Source of the DNA: an uncultured delta proteobacterium
GTDB lineage: Bacteria > Desulfobacterota > Desulfobulbia > Desulfobulbales > Desulfocapsaceae
Assembly: GCA_963709755.1 (NCBI GenBank)
Contig: CAVPXO010000012.1
Coordinates: 213,952-277,951 of the forward strand
Length of the DNA stretch: 64,000 nucleotides
Direction of reading: 5' to 3'
Shown: piece after piece, positions 44,213 to 53,541 of the stretch
Position numbering within the stretch: the stretch's first letter is position 1
Layout: the number at the start of each line of letters is the position of its first letter
Made by a program: the position numbers and the translations under genes
Notes under the pieces: generated by a model
Database searches by the model: none
The model's input: the letters and a program-made list of their open reading frames with translations, nothing else
Told to the model about the DNA's origin: nothing

Positions 44213-45046
44213 ATGAAAAACAATGGTCCATTCGTACCTCTTATCTCAGTCGTGCTCCTGCTGCTCTGCTTTTGCAGCTTCAGCTATGGTGCGACGATTC
44301 AGCAGGAAATATCCGCTGCCAGCACCATCGAAACTATAAAAAGGAGAGGTGTGCTGAAGGTTGGCATGGATATTTTCCAGCCGTGGGCAATGAAAGATAA
44401 AACCGGCAAACTTATCGGTTTTGAAATTGACGTTGCCACCCGCCTGGCCAAAGACATGGGAGTAAAAGTTGAATTCCTGCCTACTGCCTGGTCAGGCATT
44501 ATTCCGGCACTTCTGACCGGTAAATTCGATGTCATCATCGGCGGCATGGGCATCACTCCACAGCGCGCCCTGCAGGTCAATTTTACCCAGCCCTACGAGT
44601 TTTCAGGCATGAGTATCGTCGCTCACAAAAAGCTTGCTGCAGGTTTCAGTTCGCTTGAAGACTTCAATAAACCGGAGGTGCAGATTGCGGTAAAACTTGG
44701 TACGACCGCCGCTGCTGCTGCAAAAAAATACCTGCCCAAGGCAAAACTCAGAATGTTTGATACAGAACCCCAGGCCTATCAGGAACTGCGAAATGGTAAT
44801 GTCCATGCAGTAATCGGCTCTGCTCCACGACCGGCTTATGAAGCAGTCGATTACAGCGAGACACTGTTTCTACCGATAAAAGAAACCTTTACCAAAGAGC
44901 CAATTGGCTTTGCCATAAGAAAAGGAGATCCCGACACCCTGGCTTTTTTCAATAGCTGGATCACCGTCGTCAACCTTGAAGGCTGGCTCAAAGAACGACA
45001 TAATTATTGGTTCGGCTCCAAAGATTGGACCAGCCAGGTCGAATAA
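44213..45046 (+). CDS. Polar amino acid ABC transporter substrate-binding protein (family 3)
   Basis: Signal peptide, GFEIDVA..LAKDMG, WSGIIPALLTGKFD, GFAIRKGD. Confidence 0.92.
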   Translation: MKNNGPFVPLISVVLLLLCFCSFSYGATIQQEISAASTIETIKRRGVLKVGMDIFQPWAMKDKTGKLIGFEIDVATRLAKDMGVKVEFLPTAWSGIIPALLTGKFDVIIGGMGITPQRALQVNFTQPYEFSGMSIVAHKKLAAGFSSLEDFNKPEVQIAVKLGTTAAAAAKKYLPKAKLRMFDTEPQAYQELRNGNVHAVIGSAPRPAYEAVDYSETLFLPIKETFTKEPIGFAIRKGDPDTLAFFNSWITVVNLEGWLKERHNYWFGSKDWTSQVE

Positions 45047-45108
45047 ACGAATAAACAGGAAAGCGATCAGACTATGACTGGGCGGGGTTCTCGGTCGGGC
45101 AATTCACC

Positions 45109-46023
45109 ATGCAACCGAAAAAACAAGCAGTTACCATACTCGACGTTATTGTCCTCGCAGTCATTGTTGGCTTTATTGCCTCTATATGGTACCGCCTGTT
45201 CTATTCGCTCAATTACAAATGGAACTGGGGTATAATCCCAACCTACCTGTTTCGCTTCGACGCCGCCGAGCACCGCTGGACTGCCAATATCCTTCTGCAG
45301 GGATTTCTCACCACCATCAAAATCAGTATATGGGCAACGATTTTTGCCGTATTGCTCGGTTTTAGCATAGGATTAATGCGGGTCTCTCCCCGCCTGTTTT
45401 TCAGGTTGATCGGGCGGACCTATGTTGAATTGATCCGCAATACCCCGCCTCTGGTACTGGTCTTTATTTTTTACTATTTTGTCAGCGATCAGCTGCTTAC
45501 TTTTTTTGGCATCGAGGAAATTTTCCGTACAAGTTCTGAAAAAATACAAACAATACTGACTTTATTGTTTACCGAACCGGGCCTGATCTCTCCGTTTCTA
45601 TCGGGAATGATGACCCTCGCCCTTTTTCAGGGAGCCTACATCGCGGAAAACGTCCGGGCTGGAATCCAGGCAGTCGGCACCGGACAATGGGAGGCCGGCA
45701 AAGCCCTGGGACTGACCAGGTGGAAACTGATGCGCCTGATCATCCTGCCTCAGGCCATACGAATCATGCTGCCGCCGCTGGCAAATGAATTCATCAACAC
45801 TATTAAATGGTCTTCTATTGTCTCGATAATTTCCATTCAGGAACTGACCTTTCAGGGACTGCAGGTTATGGCATCGACCCAGGCAACAATTGAGGTATGG
45901 CTCACCATTTCACTGATGTATCTTGCCCTCTGTCTTAGCCTCTCCCTGCTGGTCAGAAAAATAGAAATTTACCTTGCCCGGTCCGATGGAGCTGTGTTAT
46001 CCAGCCGTCGATTTATGCCCTGA
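45109..46023 (+). CDS. Polar amino acid ABC transporter permease
   Basis: IRNTPPLV, AYIAENVRAGI..GQWEA, PQAIR..LPPL.NEFI..IK.SS. Confidence 0.9.
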   Translation: MQPKKQAVTILDVIVLAVIVGFIASIWYRLFYSLNYKWNWGIIPTYLFRFDAAEHRWTANILLQGFLTTIKISIWATIFAVLLGFSIGLMRVSPRLFFRLIGRTYVELIRNTPPLVLVFIFYYFVSDQLLTFFGIEEIFRTSSEKIQTILTLLFTEPGLISPFLSGMMTLALFQGAYIAENVRAGIQAVGTGQWEAGKALGLTRWKLMRLIILPQAIRIMLPPLANEFINTIKWSSIVSIISIQELTFQGLQVMASTQATIEVWLTISLMYLALCLSLSLLVRKIEIYLARSDGAVLSSRRFMP

Positions 46024-46059
46024 CCTTTCCTCTTCGGTAATTTATTTGAAGGACTTATA

Positions 46060-47406
46060 ATGCCTGCAGCAACCTCACCTTTTTCAATTACCAACATCCG
46101 GCTTTTTCTCGCCTTCCGGGTTCTCTTCAACGCTCGCTTCTATTATCCCGTTTTTACTATTCTTTTTCTTGATTTTGGCCTGACCATCGAACAGTTCGCT
46201 CTTTTGAATACTGTCTGGGCAATCACTATCGTCTGCGCAGAAGTTCCTTCGGGTGCCCTGGCCGATGTTTTAGGGAGAAAGCAACTGATCGTCGCGACTT
46301 CACTCCTTATGGTGATGGAAATGTCTCTATTGGCTTTTGTTCCTTTGGGCAACAGCACCCTTATCTTCTGGGTCTTTTTTATCAACCGCGTTCTCAGTGG
46401 TCTCGCCGAAGCGATGGCCAGCGGAGCTGACGAAGCGCTTGCCTACGATGCCCTGGCGACAGAGGGCAACCCTGATGACTGGCCAAAGGTGCTCAGCCTG
46501 CAGATACGCCTGCGATCAATTGGGTCTATCATCACCTTAACCATCGGTGCCCTGATCTATGATCCAAGTGCGATGAACCGGCTACTCGCCTGGTTCGGCA
46601 GTTCTTCCACATTAGATCAACAGACAACCATGCGCTTCCCAATCTATCTGACTCTTGTATTAGCTGTCCTTGCCGCCATAACAGCTTTCAGGATGGAAGA
46701 AAAAAAGAAAGAGGAGAAGGAAGGAACACATTTCAGAACCATTACCGCCCTGAAAATGACCTGGAATGCCGGAGTATGGATTGCCAGGACACCTTTTGCC
46801 ATGGCCATTATCCTTTTTGGCATGTGCTACGATCATATATTGAGGATGATCGTTACCTTGAACAGCCAGTATTATCGGCAAATACATCTGCCGGAAGCAA
46901 GTTTTGGCGTAATCGGTTCAGTCATTGCCCTTCTTGGCCTGTTCATTCCAAAAGTCGCCGAATACATGATAGAGAAAAACTCACCAACTGCCAACATGTG
47001 CTGGGTATCAGGTCTTTGCCTCCTGGCACTTTTCGGCCTCACCGGTTTCTTTCCCTATTGGGGGCTGTTGCCTATGACGCTCGTTTTTATCACAATGATG
47101 CTGGTCTCCTTTTTCACAAGTCATTACCTCAATCGCATTACTGAGTCTCACCAGCGTGCTACAGTACTCAGTTTTAAAGGGCTGGCCTTTAATCTCGCCT
47201 ACGGGCTCATTGGCTTTTTGTTTGCTCTTTTAATTCACTATCAACAAACGGCAATAAGTACGGAACATCCGGACTTGTCCAAATCGGCAATAGAAGACCT
47301 GGCCTTTCAAGGTGCCATCGGCTGGTTTCCCTGGTATACCATCGTCTGCCTTGCTCTGACAATTTCCTACTGCCTGTTACAGCGTGGCTCACAGCAAAAA
47401 GTTTGA
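46060..47406 (+). CDS. MFS transporter
   Basis: About 12 hydrophobic segments, EVPSGALADVLGRK (motif A-like), ASGADEALAYD, RATVLS. Confidence 0.85.
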   Translation: MPAATSPFSITNIRLFLAFRVLFNARFYYPVFTILFLDFGLTIEQFALLNTVWAITIVCAEVPSGALADVLGRKQLIVATSLLMVMEMSLLAFVPLGNSTLIFWVFFINRVLSGLAEAMASGADEALAYDALATEGNPDDWPKVLSLQIRLRSIGSIITLTIGALIYDPSAMNRLLAWFGSSSTLDQQTTMRFPIYLTLVLAVLAAITAFRMEEKKKEEKEGTHFRTITALKMTWNAGVWIARTPFAMAIILFGMCYDHILRMIVTLNSQYYRQIHLPEASFGVIGSVIALLGLFIPKVAEYMIEKNSPTANMCWVSGLCLLALFGLTGFFPYWGLLPMTLVFITMMLVSFFTSHYLNRITESHQRATVLSFKGLAFNLAYGLIGFLFALLIHYQQTAISTEHPDLSKSAIEDLAFQGAIGWFPWYTIVCLALTISYCLLQRGSQQKV

Positions 47407-47548
47407 ATTATTACCATGGACTCGCGGGCTATTTTGCAACAATCCGCAAACAGGATTTTCATAGCTGCCAGCAATGGACTTGCGCATAATGTGGCGAGCC
47501 TTTATAGTGGTCAACAGATAAAAGCAGCCACCACAGGAGGTGATTTTT

Positions 47549-47959
47549 ATGCTGAAAAGATTTTCCATATCACTCGAGGAAAAACTGCTGGATATTTTTG
47601 ATGAGCATATAAAAACACGCAGTTACAGCAATCGTTCAGAAGCAATCCGTGATTTGATTCGAAAAACCTTTATCAAGGAAGAATGGCAAGCCGACAAACA
47701 GGTCATGGGCGTCATCAGCCTGGTGTACGATCATCATCAACACAAGCTCCAGGAGAAGGTTACCCTGGTGCAGCACGACTACCATCATCACATCGTCTCC
47801 ACTACTCACGTCCACATGGACCACGACAACTGCCTCGAAGTTATCGTGGTGAGAGGAAAAGCCAAAGAAGTCCAGGAACTGGCAGACCGGCTCATTGCAC
47901 TCAGAGGCGTCCGCGATGGTAACCTTGCCATGTCCAGCACCGGGAAATCCCTGCACTGA
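47549..47959 (+). CDS. nikR: Nickel-responsive transcriptional regulator NikR
   Basis: RFSISLEEKLL, YSNRSEAIRDLIR, YDHH, HVHMDHDNCLE. Confidence 0.93.
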   Translation: MLKRFSISLEEKLLDIFDEHIKTRSYSNRSEAIRDLIRKTFIKEEWQADKQVMGVISLVYDHHQHKLQEKVTLVQHDYHHHIVSTTHVHMDHDNCLEVIVVRGKAKEVQELADRLIALRGVRDGNLAMSSTGKSLH

Positions 47960-48004
47960 CTGACAACAAAATAATACCCTATAATAACAACGGTACCACT
48001 TTTA

Positions 48005-48868
48005 ATGAAAACGACATCATTTGTATCTGTACATGGCGGTCATAGCGGTCAGTTTTGCCATCATGCTACCGATTCGCTGGAAGAAATCATCCAACTCTAT
48101 ATTGCCAAAAATTTCTCCTGGGTCGGGATAACCGAGCATACTCCTGCCATCAGCGAAGAATTGCTCTATCCGGATCAGAAAGCGGCCGGCCTGACTCCGG
48201 AATTCCTTCTCAATCGTTTTGCCGGCTACATCAAGGAATGTCGAAGACTGCAGCAAAAATACAGTTCGGAAATTGAAATATTTGCGGCAATTGAAATAGA
48301 GACCTATAGTGGGTACGAGGAGTTTATTCCTTCTTTGATTAAGAGATTTCAACCTGATTATATGGTCGGTTCGGTACATTTCGTAAATGATATGGGTTTT
48401 GACTATTCTCAGGAACAATATGACAAAACAGTCGAAGCCTTAGGGGGCATAGTACCAATGTACTGCCGATATTTCGATCAGCAGTACGACATGATCAAAC
48501 TCTTCAGGCCCTCTGTCGTTGGTCATTTCGATCTTATCCGCATTTTTGATCCAGACTACAAGGAGAGGATCCTGCACCCTGAAATCATGGACCGGATCAA
48601 AAGAAACCTGCAGCTCATAAAAGAGCTGGATTTAATCATGGATTTAAACCTGCGATCACTCCTCAAAGGAGCAGATGAACCATATATTACCCGGGCCATC
48701 CTGAAAATGGCTCTTGAACAGGGCATCTCGATAGCACCAGGGGACGATTCACATGGTCTCGGATCCGTAGGGGCGAATATGGAGAAGGGGGTGGCTATCC
48801 TTGAAGAACTTGGGGGAAATACAAACTGGAGGCAGCCAAAACTCATTGACTACCGATCTCCTCTCTAA
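48005..48868 (+). CDS. PHP-family histidinol-phosphatase (HisJ-like)
   Basis: SVHGGHS..CHHA, ITEH, VGSVH, GHFDLI, GDDSHG. Confidence 0.8.
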   Translation: MKTTSFVSVHGGHSGQFCHHATDSLEEIIQLYIAKNFSWVGITEHTPAISEELLYPDQKAAGLTPEFLLNRFAGYIKECRRLQQKYSSEIEIFAAIEIETYSGYEEFIPSLIKRFQPDYMVGSVHFVNDMGFDYSQEQYDKTVEALGGIVPMYCRYFDQQYDMIKLFRPSVVGHFDLIRIFDPDYKERILHPEIMDRIKRNLQLIKELDLIMDLNLRSLLKGADEPYITRAILKMALEQGISIAPGDDSHGLGSVGANMEKGVAILEELGGNTNWRQPKLIDYRSPL

Positions 48869-48903
48869 GGCGACAGCCGCCTTCAAACAGATTCCAACTA
48901 CTG

Positions 48904-48924
48904 AATTGTCCGAAAACTACAATT
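48904..48924. promoter_or_regulatory. Candidate enhancer-binding protein site upstream of the nifV-like gene
   Basis: AATTGT-N9-ACAATT inverted repeat about 100 bp upstream of a sigma-54 promoter; one base shorter than the NifA TGT-N10-ACA site. Confidence 0.3.
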
Positions 48925-49018
48925 CTGTTTGATCGAAAATCCATTATCTGAACTGCAGGAATACCACCTGCCTGTTCAACATCTATAGAGAACTGTATTT
49001 ACAGCTTTTCCAGGACAA

Positions 49019-49034
49019 CGGCATCTTTCTTGCA
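49019..49034 (+). promoter_or_regulatory. Sigma-54 promoter of the nifV-like gene
   Basis: CGGCAT-CTTTC-TTGCA with correct GG-N10-GC spacing, 28 bp upstream of the ATG at 49063. Confidence 0.7.
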
Positions 49035-49062
49035 TCTTTCAGCATCACAGCGAGGAATACAG

Positions 49063-50202
49063 ATGACCCACAATTACAATATAATAGACACAACCCTTCG
49101 AGAGGGCGAACAAACACCCGGCCTGCTTTTTTCCCTGCCTGAGAAAAAACGTATCCTCGACGGTCTGGTCATGATCGGCGTAACTGAGGCTGAGCTTGGA
49201 ATCTCTTCCAGGTTTCATTCCTGTTCAGGTCCGCTCATCAACTACTGCAGAAAGAATCATTCGAATCTGAAACTGTCTCTCTGGAGCCGCTGCAGGAAAG
49301 AAGATATCATCCACGCCGTAAAACTCGGTCCTGACATCCTTTCACTCTCCGTGCCGGTTTCTGATATTCACCTGCAGGACCGATTGCACAAAGATCGTCT
49401 CTGGGCGCAAAAAACAATGGAGACAAGTATTGATTTTGCCAGGCAGGAAGGGCTGACGGTATCCATCGGATTTGAGGATGCAACGCGAAGTGATCCTGAA
49501 TTTTTAATAAAAATGGCAAAGGCTGCGGAGCAACATGGCGCAGCAAGAATTCGAATCGCCGACACTGTGGGCATAGCCTCCCCTGCTCAATTAGCAGGTC
49601 TCGTTACTACCTTGAAACAGGCCATAAATCATTGCCGGCTTGCAGTCCACACCCATAACGATTTTGGCATGGCCACAGCCAATGCCATAGCAGCCCTTGA
49701 AGCCGGGGCTTCATCGGTCGATGCTGTCGTTTTGGGCTTAGGTGAACGGACCGGCTGCGCCCGACTCGAGGAGATTGTCGGCTACCTCAGTCTGGCTAAG
49801 GGAATAACTGCGTTGAAGGCAGAGTACCTCAAACCGCTGGCACTTTATGTGGCTGGAATAACAGGAAGGAGCATCGCAGGCAACCGTCCGGTTATCGGCG
49901 ACGATATATTTACCTGCGAAACCGGCCTGCACCTGCAGGGACTTCAGAACAAGCCGCAAACTTATGAGCCATATAATCCTGAGAGGGTAAGGGCCAGGAG
50001 AAAGCTTCTTTTTGGTTCCAAAAGTGGCCGACGGGCAATTCTCCAGCGCATGAACCAGGTGGACAGCTCCTTCTCCGGAGAACTCACCGACCAGGCGATC
50101 CAATCAGTCAGGATGGAAGCAACCCGGTTACGACGTCCTCTCAGTGATTCGGAACTTATTCATCTTCTGACAGATCCTCCAGCTCTGTTTGGCCCTGACT
50201 GA
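49063..50202 (+). CDS. nifV: Homocitrate synthase (NifV-like, LeuA superfamily)
   Basis: DTTLREGEQTPG, EDATRSD, ADTVG, HTHNDFGMATAN, GLGERTG, FTCETGLH; no LeuA regulatory domain. Confidence 0.78.
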   Translation: MTHNYNIIDTTLREGEQTPGLLFSLPEKKRILDGLVMIGVTEAELGISSRFHSCSGPLINYCRKNHSNLKLSLWSRCRKEDIIHAVKLGPDILSLSVPVSDIHLQDRLHKDRLWAQKTMETSIDFARQEGLTVSIGFEDATRSDPEFLIKMAKAAEQHGAARIRIADTVGIASPAQLAGLVTTLKQAINHCRLAVHTHNDFGMATANAIAALEAGASSVDAVVLGLGERTGCARLEEIVGYLSLAKGITALKAEYLKPLALYVAGITGRSIAGNRPVIGDDIFTCETGLHLQGLQNKPQTYEPYNPERVRARRKLLFGSKSGRRAILQRMNQVDSSFSGELTDQAIQSVRMEATRLRRPLSDSELIHLLTDPPALFGPD

Positions 50203-50438
50203 GCACGATTCGGAACATGGGCGTGTCGTAGGAATATGCAGATATAGTTGCATTCAGTTGCACCCAGCAAGCTCTCTTGTCTTTTTCCAACATTCGCAAT
50301 TCGCAGGACCGCGTTTTGCGGTCCGAGGCACACCCAACAGAGTGGCTCAGTCAGGTTTGCCCAGAAAAAACTTGCGGAAACCAAGTTGAAAGGATAGCTT
50401 AATAACCGTCATGAGATCCGTCTCTGAGTGGGAGGAGC

Positions 50439-50621
50439 TTGGTCGATTATGAGAAAAGGATGGCGAAACCTAAGCATTTAGTTCAGGAACTGAGGGATAT
50501 GGGTCTCTACCTCTTTAACAAAGTCAATTACACAAGGCATACTTCCCATATCGATCTTGACTTCCCCGTTTCAGATTTCGAGCACTTCCCGTCCAGTTCT
50601 TTGCATCCAGATGCCAGGTAG
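50439..50621 (+). pseudogene. Decayed paralogue of the small conserved protein at 53542-53910
   Basis: DYEKRMAKPKHLVQEL..LYLF..YTRH.S..DL..FEHFPSSS aligns with DYVRNLADCKRLVGEL..LCLF..YTRH.S..DL..FEHFPSGS; the N-terminal TM segment is lost. Confidence 0.7.
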
Positions 50622-50689
50622 TACCGCCTTATCAGCTGCTGAAAAAATAATCTTGTCTATGTGATATTGTAGAGGATACAAAATCTGAT

Positions 50690-51823
50690 ATGTTATGGAT
50701 TGAACGGCAGCGCGCTTTTCTGGATTTCACCCTTTCCTCCTTGTGGCGGCGAAAGACAAGAAATCTCTCACTCCTTTTTGTCTATGCGCTCGTTACCTTT
50801 CTTCTTTCCTCAGTGATCTTCTTTACCCATGCATTGCGGAAGGAAGCGGTGAAAGTTCTGGAAAATAGCCCGGAAATGATCGTTCAGCGCACCGTAAACG
50901 GCAGGCATTCCCTCATCCCTACAAGTTACGCAGAGAAAATCAAACAGATTCGTGGGACATCCTCAGTAAGACCGAGACTTTGGGGTTATTACTCTCACCC
51001 TGTATCCCTGGCAAACTATACCATTATGGTTCCGGAAAAATTTTCTCGGCCAGACGGCACTGTTGAAACTGGTGCAGGAGTATTGAGGACCTGGGGGCCA
51101 CTAAATGATGGAAAATTATATTTTAGAACCTATGACGGAAAGGTGATTGATCTCACGCCGATCAATACGATGGGAGAAGATACCGACCTTGTATCGTCAG
51201 ACCTGATCCTCATGTCTGAATCTACGTTTAGAAAAATTTCTGGTGTTCCGGAGGGCTACGCGACCGATCTCAGCGTCAACATTCGCAATAATCAGGAATC
51301 CGGAACCATCACAATGAAGATTGTCAAAGATCTCCCGGACACAAGGCCGATTCTGAAGGAGGACATCATCAGGACCTATGATTCTCTTTTTGACTGGCGC
51401 GGAGGATACGTTATCGTCCTTCTTTGGGGAGCTGCTCTTGCTTTCTTTATTTTCGCCTGGGACAGGGCAACGGGGCTTAGCGCTGAAGAGAAAACGGAGA
51501 TCGGTATCCTGAAAGGCATTGGCTGGGACACCTCGGACGTGCTGATGATGAAGTTCTGGGAAGGCGTGGTTATTTCAGTCTCAGCCTTTTTACTGGGAGT
51601 GATCTCAGCCTATATTCACATATATATCACTTCTGCGACCCTTTTTGAACATGCACTGAAGGGCTGGTCGATACTCTACCCGAAATTCACACTCAGTCCC
51701 TCCATAGATCCCTACCAATTGGCGATTCTCTTTTTTCTGACGGTAGTCCCTTACACTTTGTTGACCATTGTTGCCACGTGGAAAGTTGCTGTCACCGATC
51801 CGGATCTGGTAATGAGACATTGA
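50690..51823 (+). CDS. FtsX/LolE-like ABC transporter permease
   Basis: N-terminal TM, periplasmic domain, EKTEIGILKGIGW motif, three C-terminal TM segments. Confidence 0.85.
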   Translation: MLWIERQRAFLDFTLSSLWRRKTRNLSLLFVYALVTFLLSSVIFFTHALRKEAVKVLENSPEMIVQRTVNGRHSLIPTSYAEKIKQIRGTSSVRPRLWGYYSHPVSLANYTIMVPEKFSRPDGTVETGAGVLRTWGPLNDGKLYFRTYDGKVIDLTPINTMGEDTDLVSSDLILMSESTFRKISGVPEGYATDLSVNIRNNQESGTITMKIVKDLPDTRPILKEDIIRTYDSLFDWRGGYVIVLLWGAALAFFIFAWDRATGLSAEEKTEIGILKGIGWDTSDVLMMKFWEGVVISVSAFLLGVISAYIHIYITSATLFEHALKGWSILYPKFTLSPSIDPYQLAILFFLTVVPYTLLTIVATWKVAVTDPDLVMRH

Positions 51824-51824
51824 T

Positions 51825-52496
51825 ATGATTCAACTATCGGCAATAACCAAGACCTTTAATTCAGGAAAGGCTAATGAGTTTCAGGCCCTAAAGGAGATCG
51901 ATCTTGAGATTACCCTGAATGAGGTGACTGTGTTCGTCGGCCCCAGCGGGTCAGGGAAGACCACCCTTTTAAGTATTCTCGGATGCATGTCCAGGCCCAC
52001 TTCCGGAAGAATTTTGATGAATGGGCGAGAGATCACGAGTCTTCCTGAACGCTTTGCCGCTGGGATCAGGAGGGAGACTTTTGGCTTCATCTTTCAGAAT
52101 TTTAACTTGATCAAAGGAATTTCAGTATTGGAGAATACCATGTTTCCCGCCTACCCAACGGGGAAAAAATATCGGCTGGTCAGAGATCGGGCGGTATCCC
52201 TTCTGGAAAAGCTCGGAATTGGTTCCAAAGTTCAGGAGCAGGTGGAGCACCTCTCAGGTGGTGAACAGCAACGGGTCGCCATTGCCAGGGCCTTGATCAA
52301 CAGCCCCTCTATCATAATCGCCGATGAACCTACAGCCCATCTGGACACTGAACTCGCCCGGCAGCTTTTGGAAATTTTTTCCGGTATCAAGAACGAAGGA
52401 AATACCATCCTGATCGCCAGCCATGATTCCCTGGTCTTTGAATCCTCAATTACCGATCGTGTGGTCTCAATGCGGGATGGTGGGGTTGTGGAGTAA
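51825..52496 (+). CDS. LolD/FtsE-like ABC transporter ATP-binding protein
   Basis: GPSGSGKTT, FIFQNFNL, LSGGEQQR, ADEPTAHLD, SHD. Confidence 0.92.
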   Translation: MIQLSAITKTFNSGKANEFQALKEIDLEITLNEVTVFVGPSGSGKTTLLSILGCMSRPTSGRILMNGREITSLPERFAAGIRRETFGFIFQNFNLIKGISVLENTMFPAYPTGKKYRLVRDRAVSLLEKLGIGSKVQEQVEHLSGGEQQRVAIARALINSPSIIIADEPTAHLDTELARQLLEIFSGIKNEGNTILIASHDSLVFESSITDRVVSMRDGGVVE

Positions 52497-52532
52497 AATC
52501 AATTATACCGAATCCTAAAACGGAAACATAAT

Positions 52533-53531
52533 ATGTTGTTTAATCCCGCCATCATAGCCCTGATCTCCGGTTCCCTGCTGGTCACGGCCTTCGCATTTTA
52601 CGCCCTGCTCACCGCTCTTAGAATCTTGAAGCATTGGAATATCCAAAGCGGGAGCGAACTGCAACTGCTTCTGGAAAGAAAGACATATCTCATATCCACT
52701 GTTTGCACTTACGTGCTGGTGTTTGAACTTTTTTCCCTTATCCTGTTTATTGCTACCGCAGAACATATGCACGACTTGTTCGTTGGTGCAATGTGTGCGG
52801 CGGGATCTCTCAATATCAACGACTATGGCTACGTCACACTGGTTGTTAAAATCCTTACATTCGTTATCTGCGGTGTGTGGATGATCATCAATCACACGGA
52901 CAATCAGGCTCATGATTACCCGCTGATCCGTCCCAAGTATAAGCTTCTTATCCTTTTGACATTAATGATCGGCCTGGACACCATCCTTCAGATTAAATAT
53001 TTTATGGGGCTCAGGGCCGATGTGATTACATCCTGCTGCGGGATTATTTTCGGCGAGGAAAGCCAAGGTATAACGGGGAGCATGGCCGCCCTTGCCCCCT
53101 CTACCACCATGATCATTTTTTATGTAGTTCTTATCCTGACCATGAGGGTCGGGATCGGTTTCATTGTAACCGGCAGAGGCGCTGCAGTGTTTGGTCTTGC
53201 AGCGGGAGTGGCAACGGTTGTTTCTTTAGCTGCCGTGATCTCCTTCATCTCTGTTTACTATTATGAACTGCCTACCCATCACTGCCCCTTCTGCTTGCTT
53301 CAGAAGGATTATCACTACATCGGATACCCTCTTTACCTGTCTCTTCTTATGGCGGGCACTACCGGCATGGGGACAGGCGTGATTGAAAGATTGAAGGGCC
53401 CGCAGTCCCTTTCGACACTGATTCCTGCCTTACAGAGACGTTTCTGCCTTTTGTCCATGGGAGGATTTCTTGTTTTTACTTTGATCGCCAGCTACCCGAT
53501 ATTTTTCGCGGATTTTATACTGGACTCTTAG
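52533..53531 (+). CDS. Uncharacterised polytopic membrane protein with Cys/His motifs
   Basis: About 8 hydrophobic segments; GAMCAAG, ITSCCG and YYELPTHHCPFCLL motifs. Confidence 0.7.
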   Translation: MLFNPAIIALISGSLLVTAFAFYALLTALRILKHWNIQSGSELQLLLERKTYLISTVCTYVLVFELFSLILFIATAEHMHDLFVGAMCAAGSLNINDYGYVTLVVKILTFVICGVWMIINHTDNQAHDYPLIRPKYKLLILLTLMIGLDTILQIKYFMGLRADVITSCCGIIFGEESQGITGSMAALAPSTTMIIFYVVLILTMRVGIGFIVTGRGAAVFGLAAGVATVVSLAAVISFISVYYYELPTHHCPFCLLQKDYHYIGYPLYLSLLMAGTTGMGTGVIERLKGPQSLSTLIPALQRRFCLLSMGGFLVFTLIASYPIFFADFILDS

Positions 53532-53541
53532 TCTTTGCAGG

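Noticed and set aside
50327-50362. GGGCAAACC on the minus strand resembling the start of a c-di-GMP-I (GEMM) riboswitch
   Set aside because: There is no GNRA-capped P2, no following GACGCAAAG junction and no downstream gene in that orientation; kept only as an unexplained structure.
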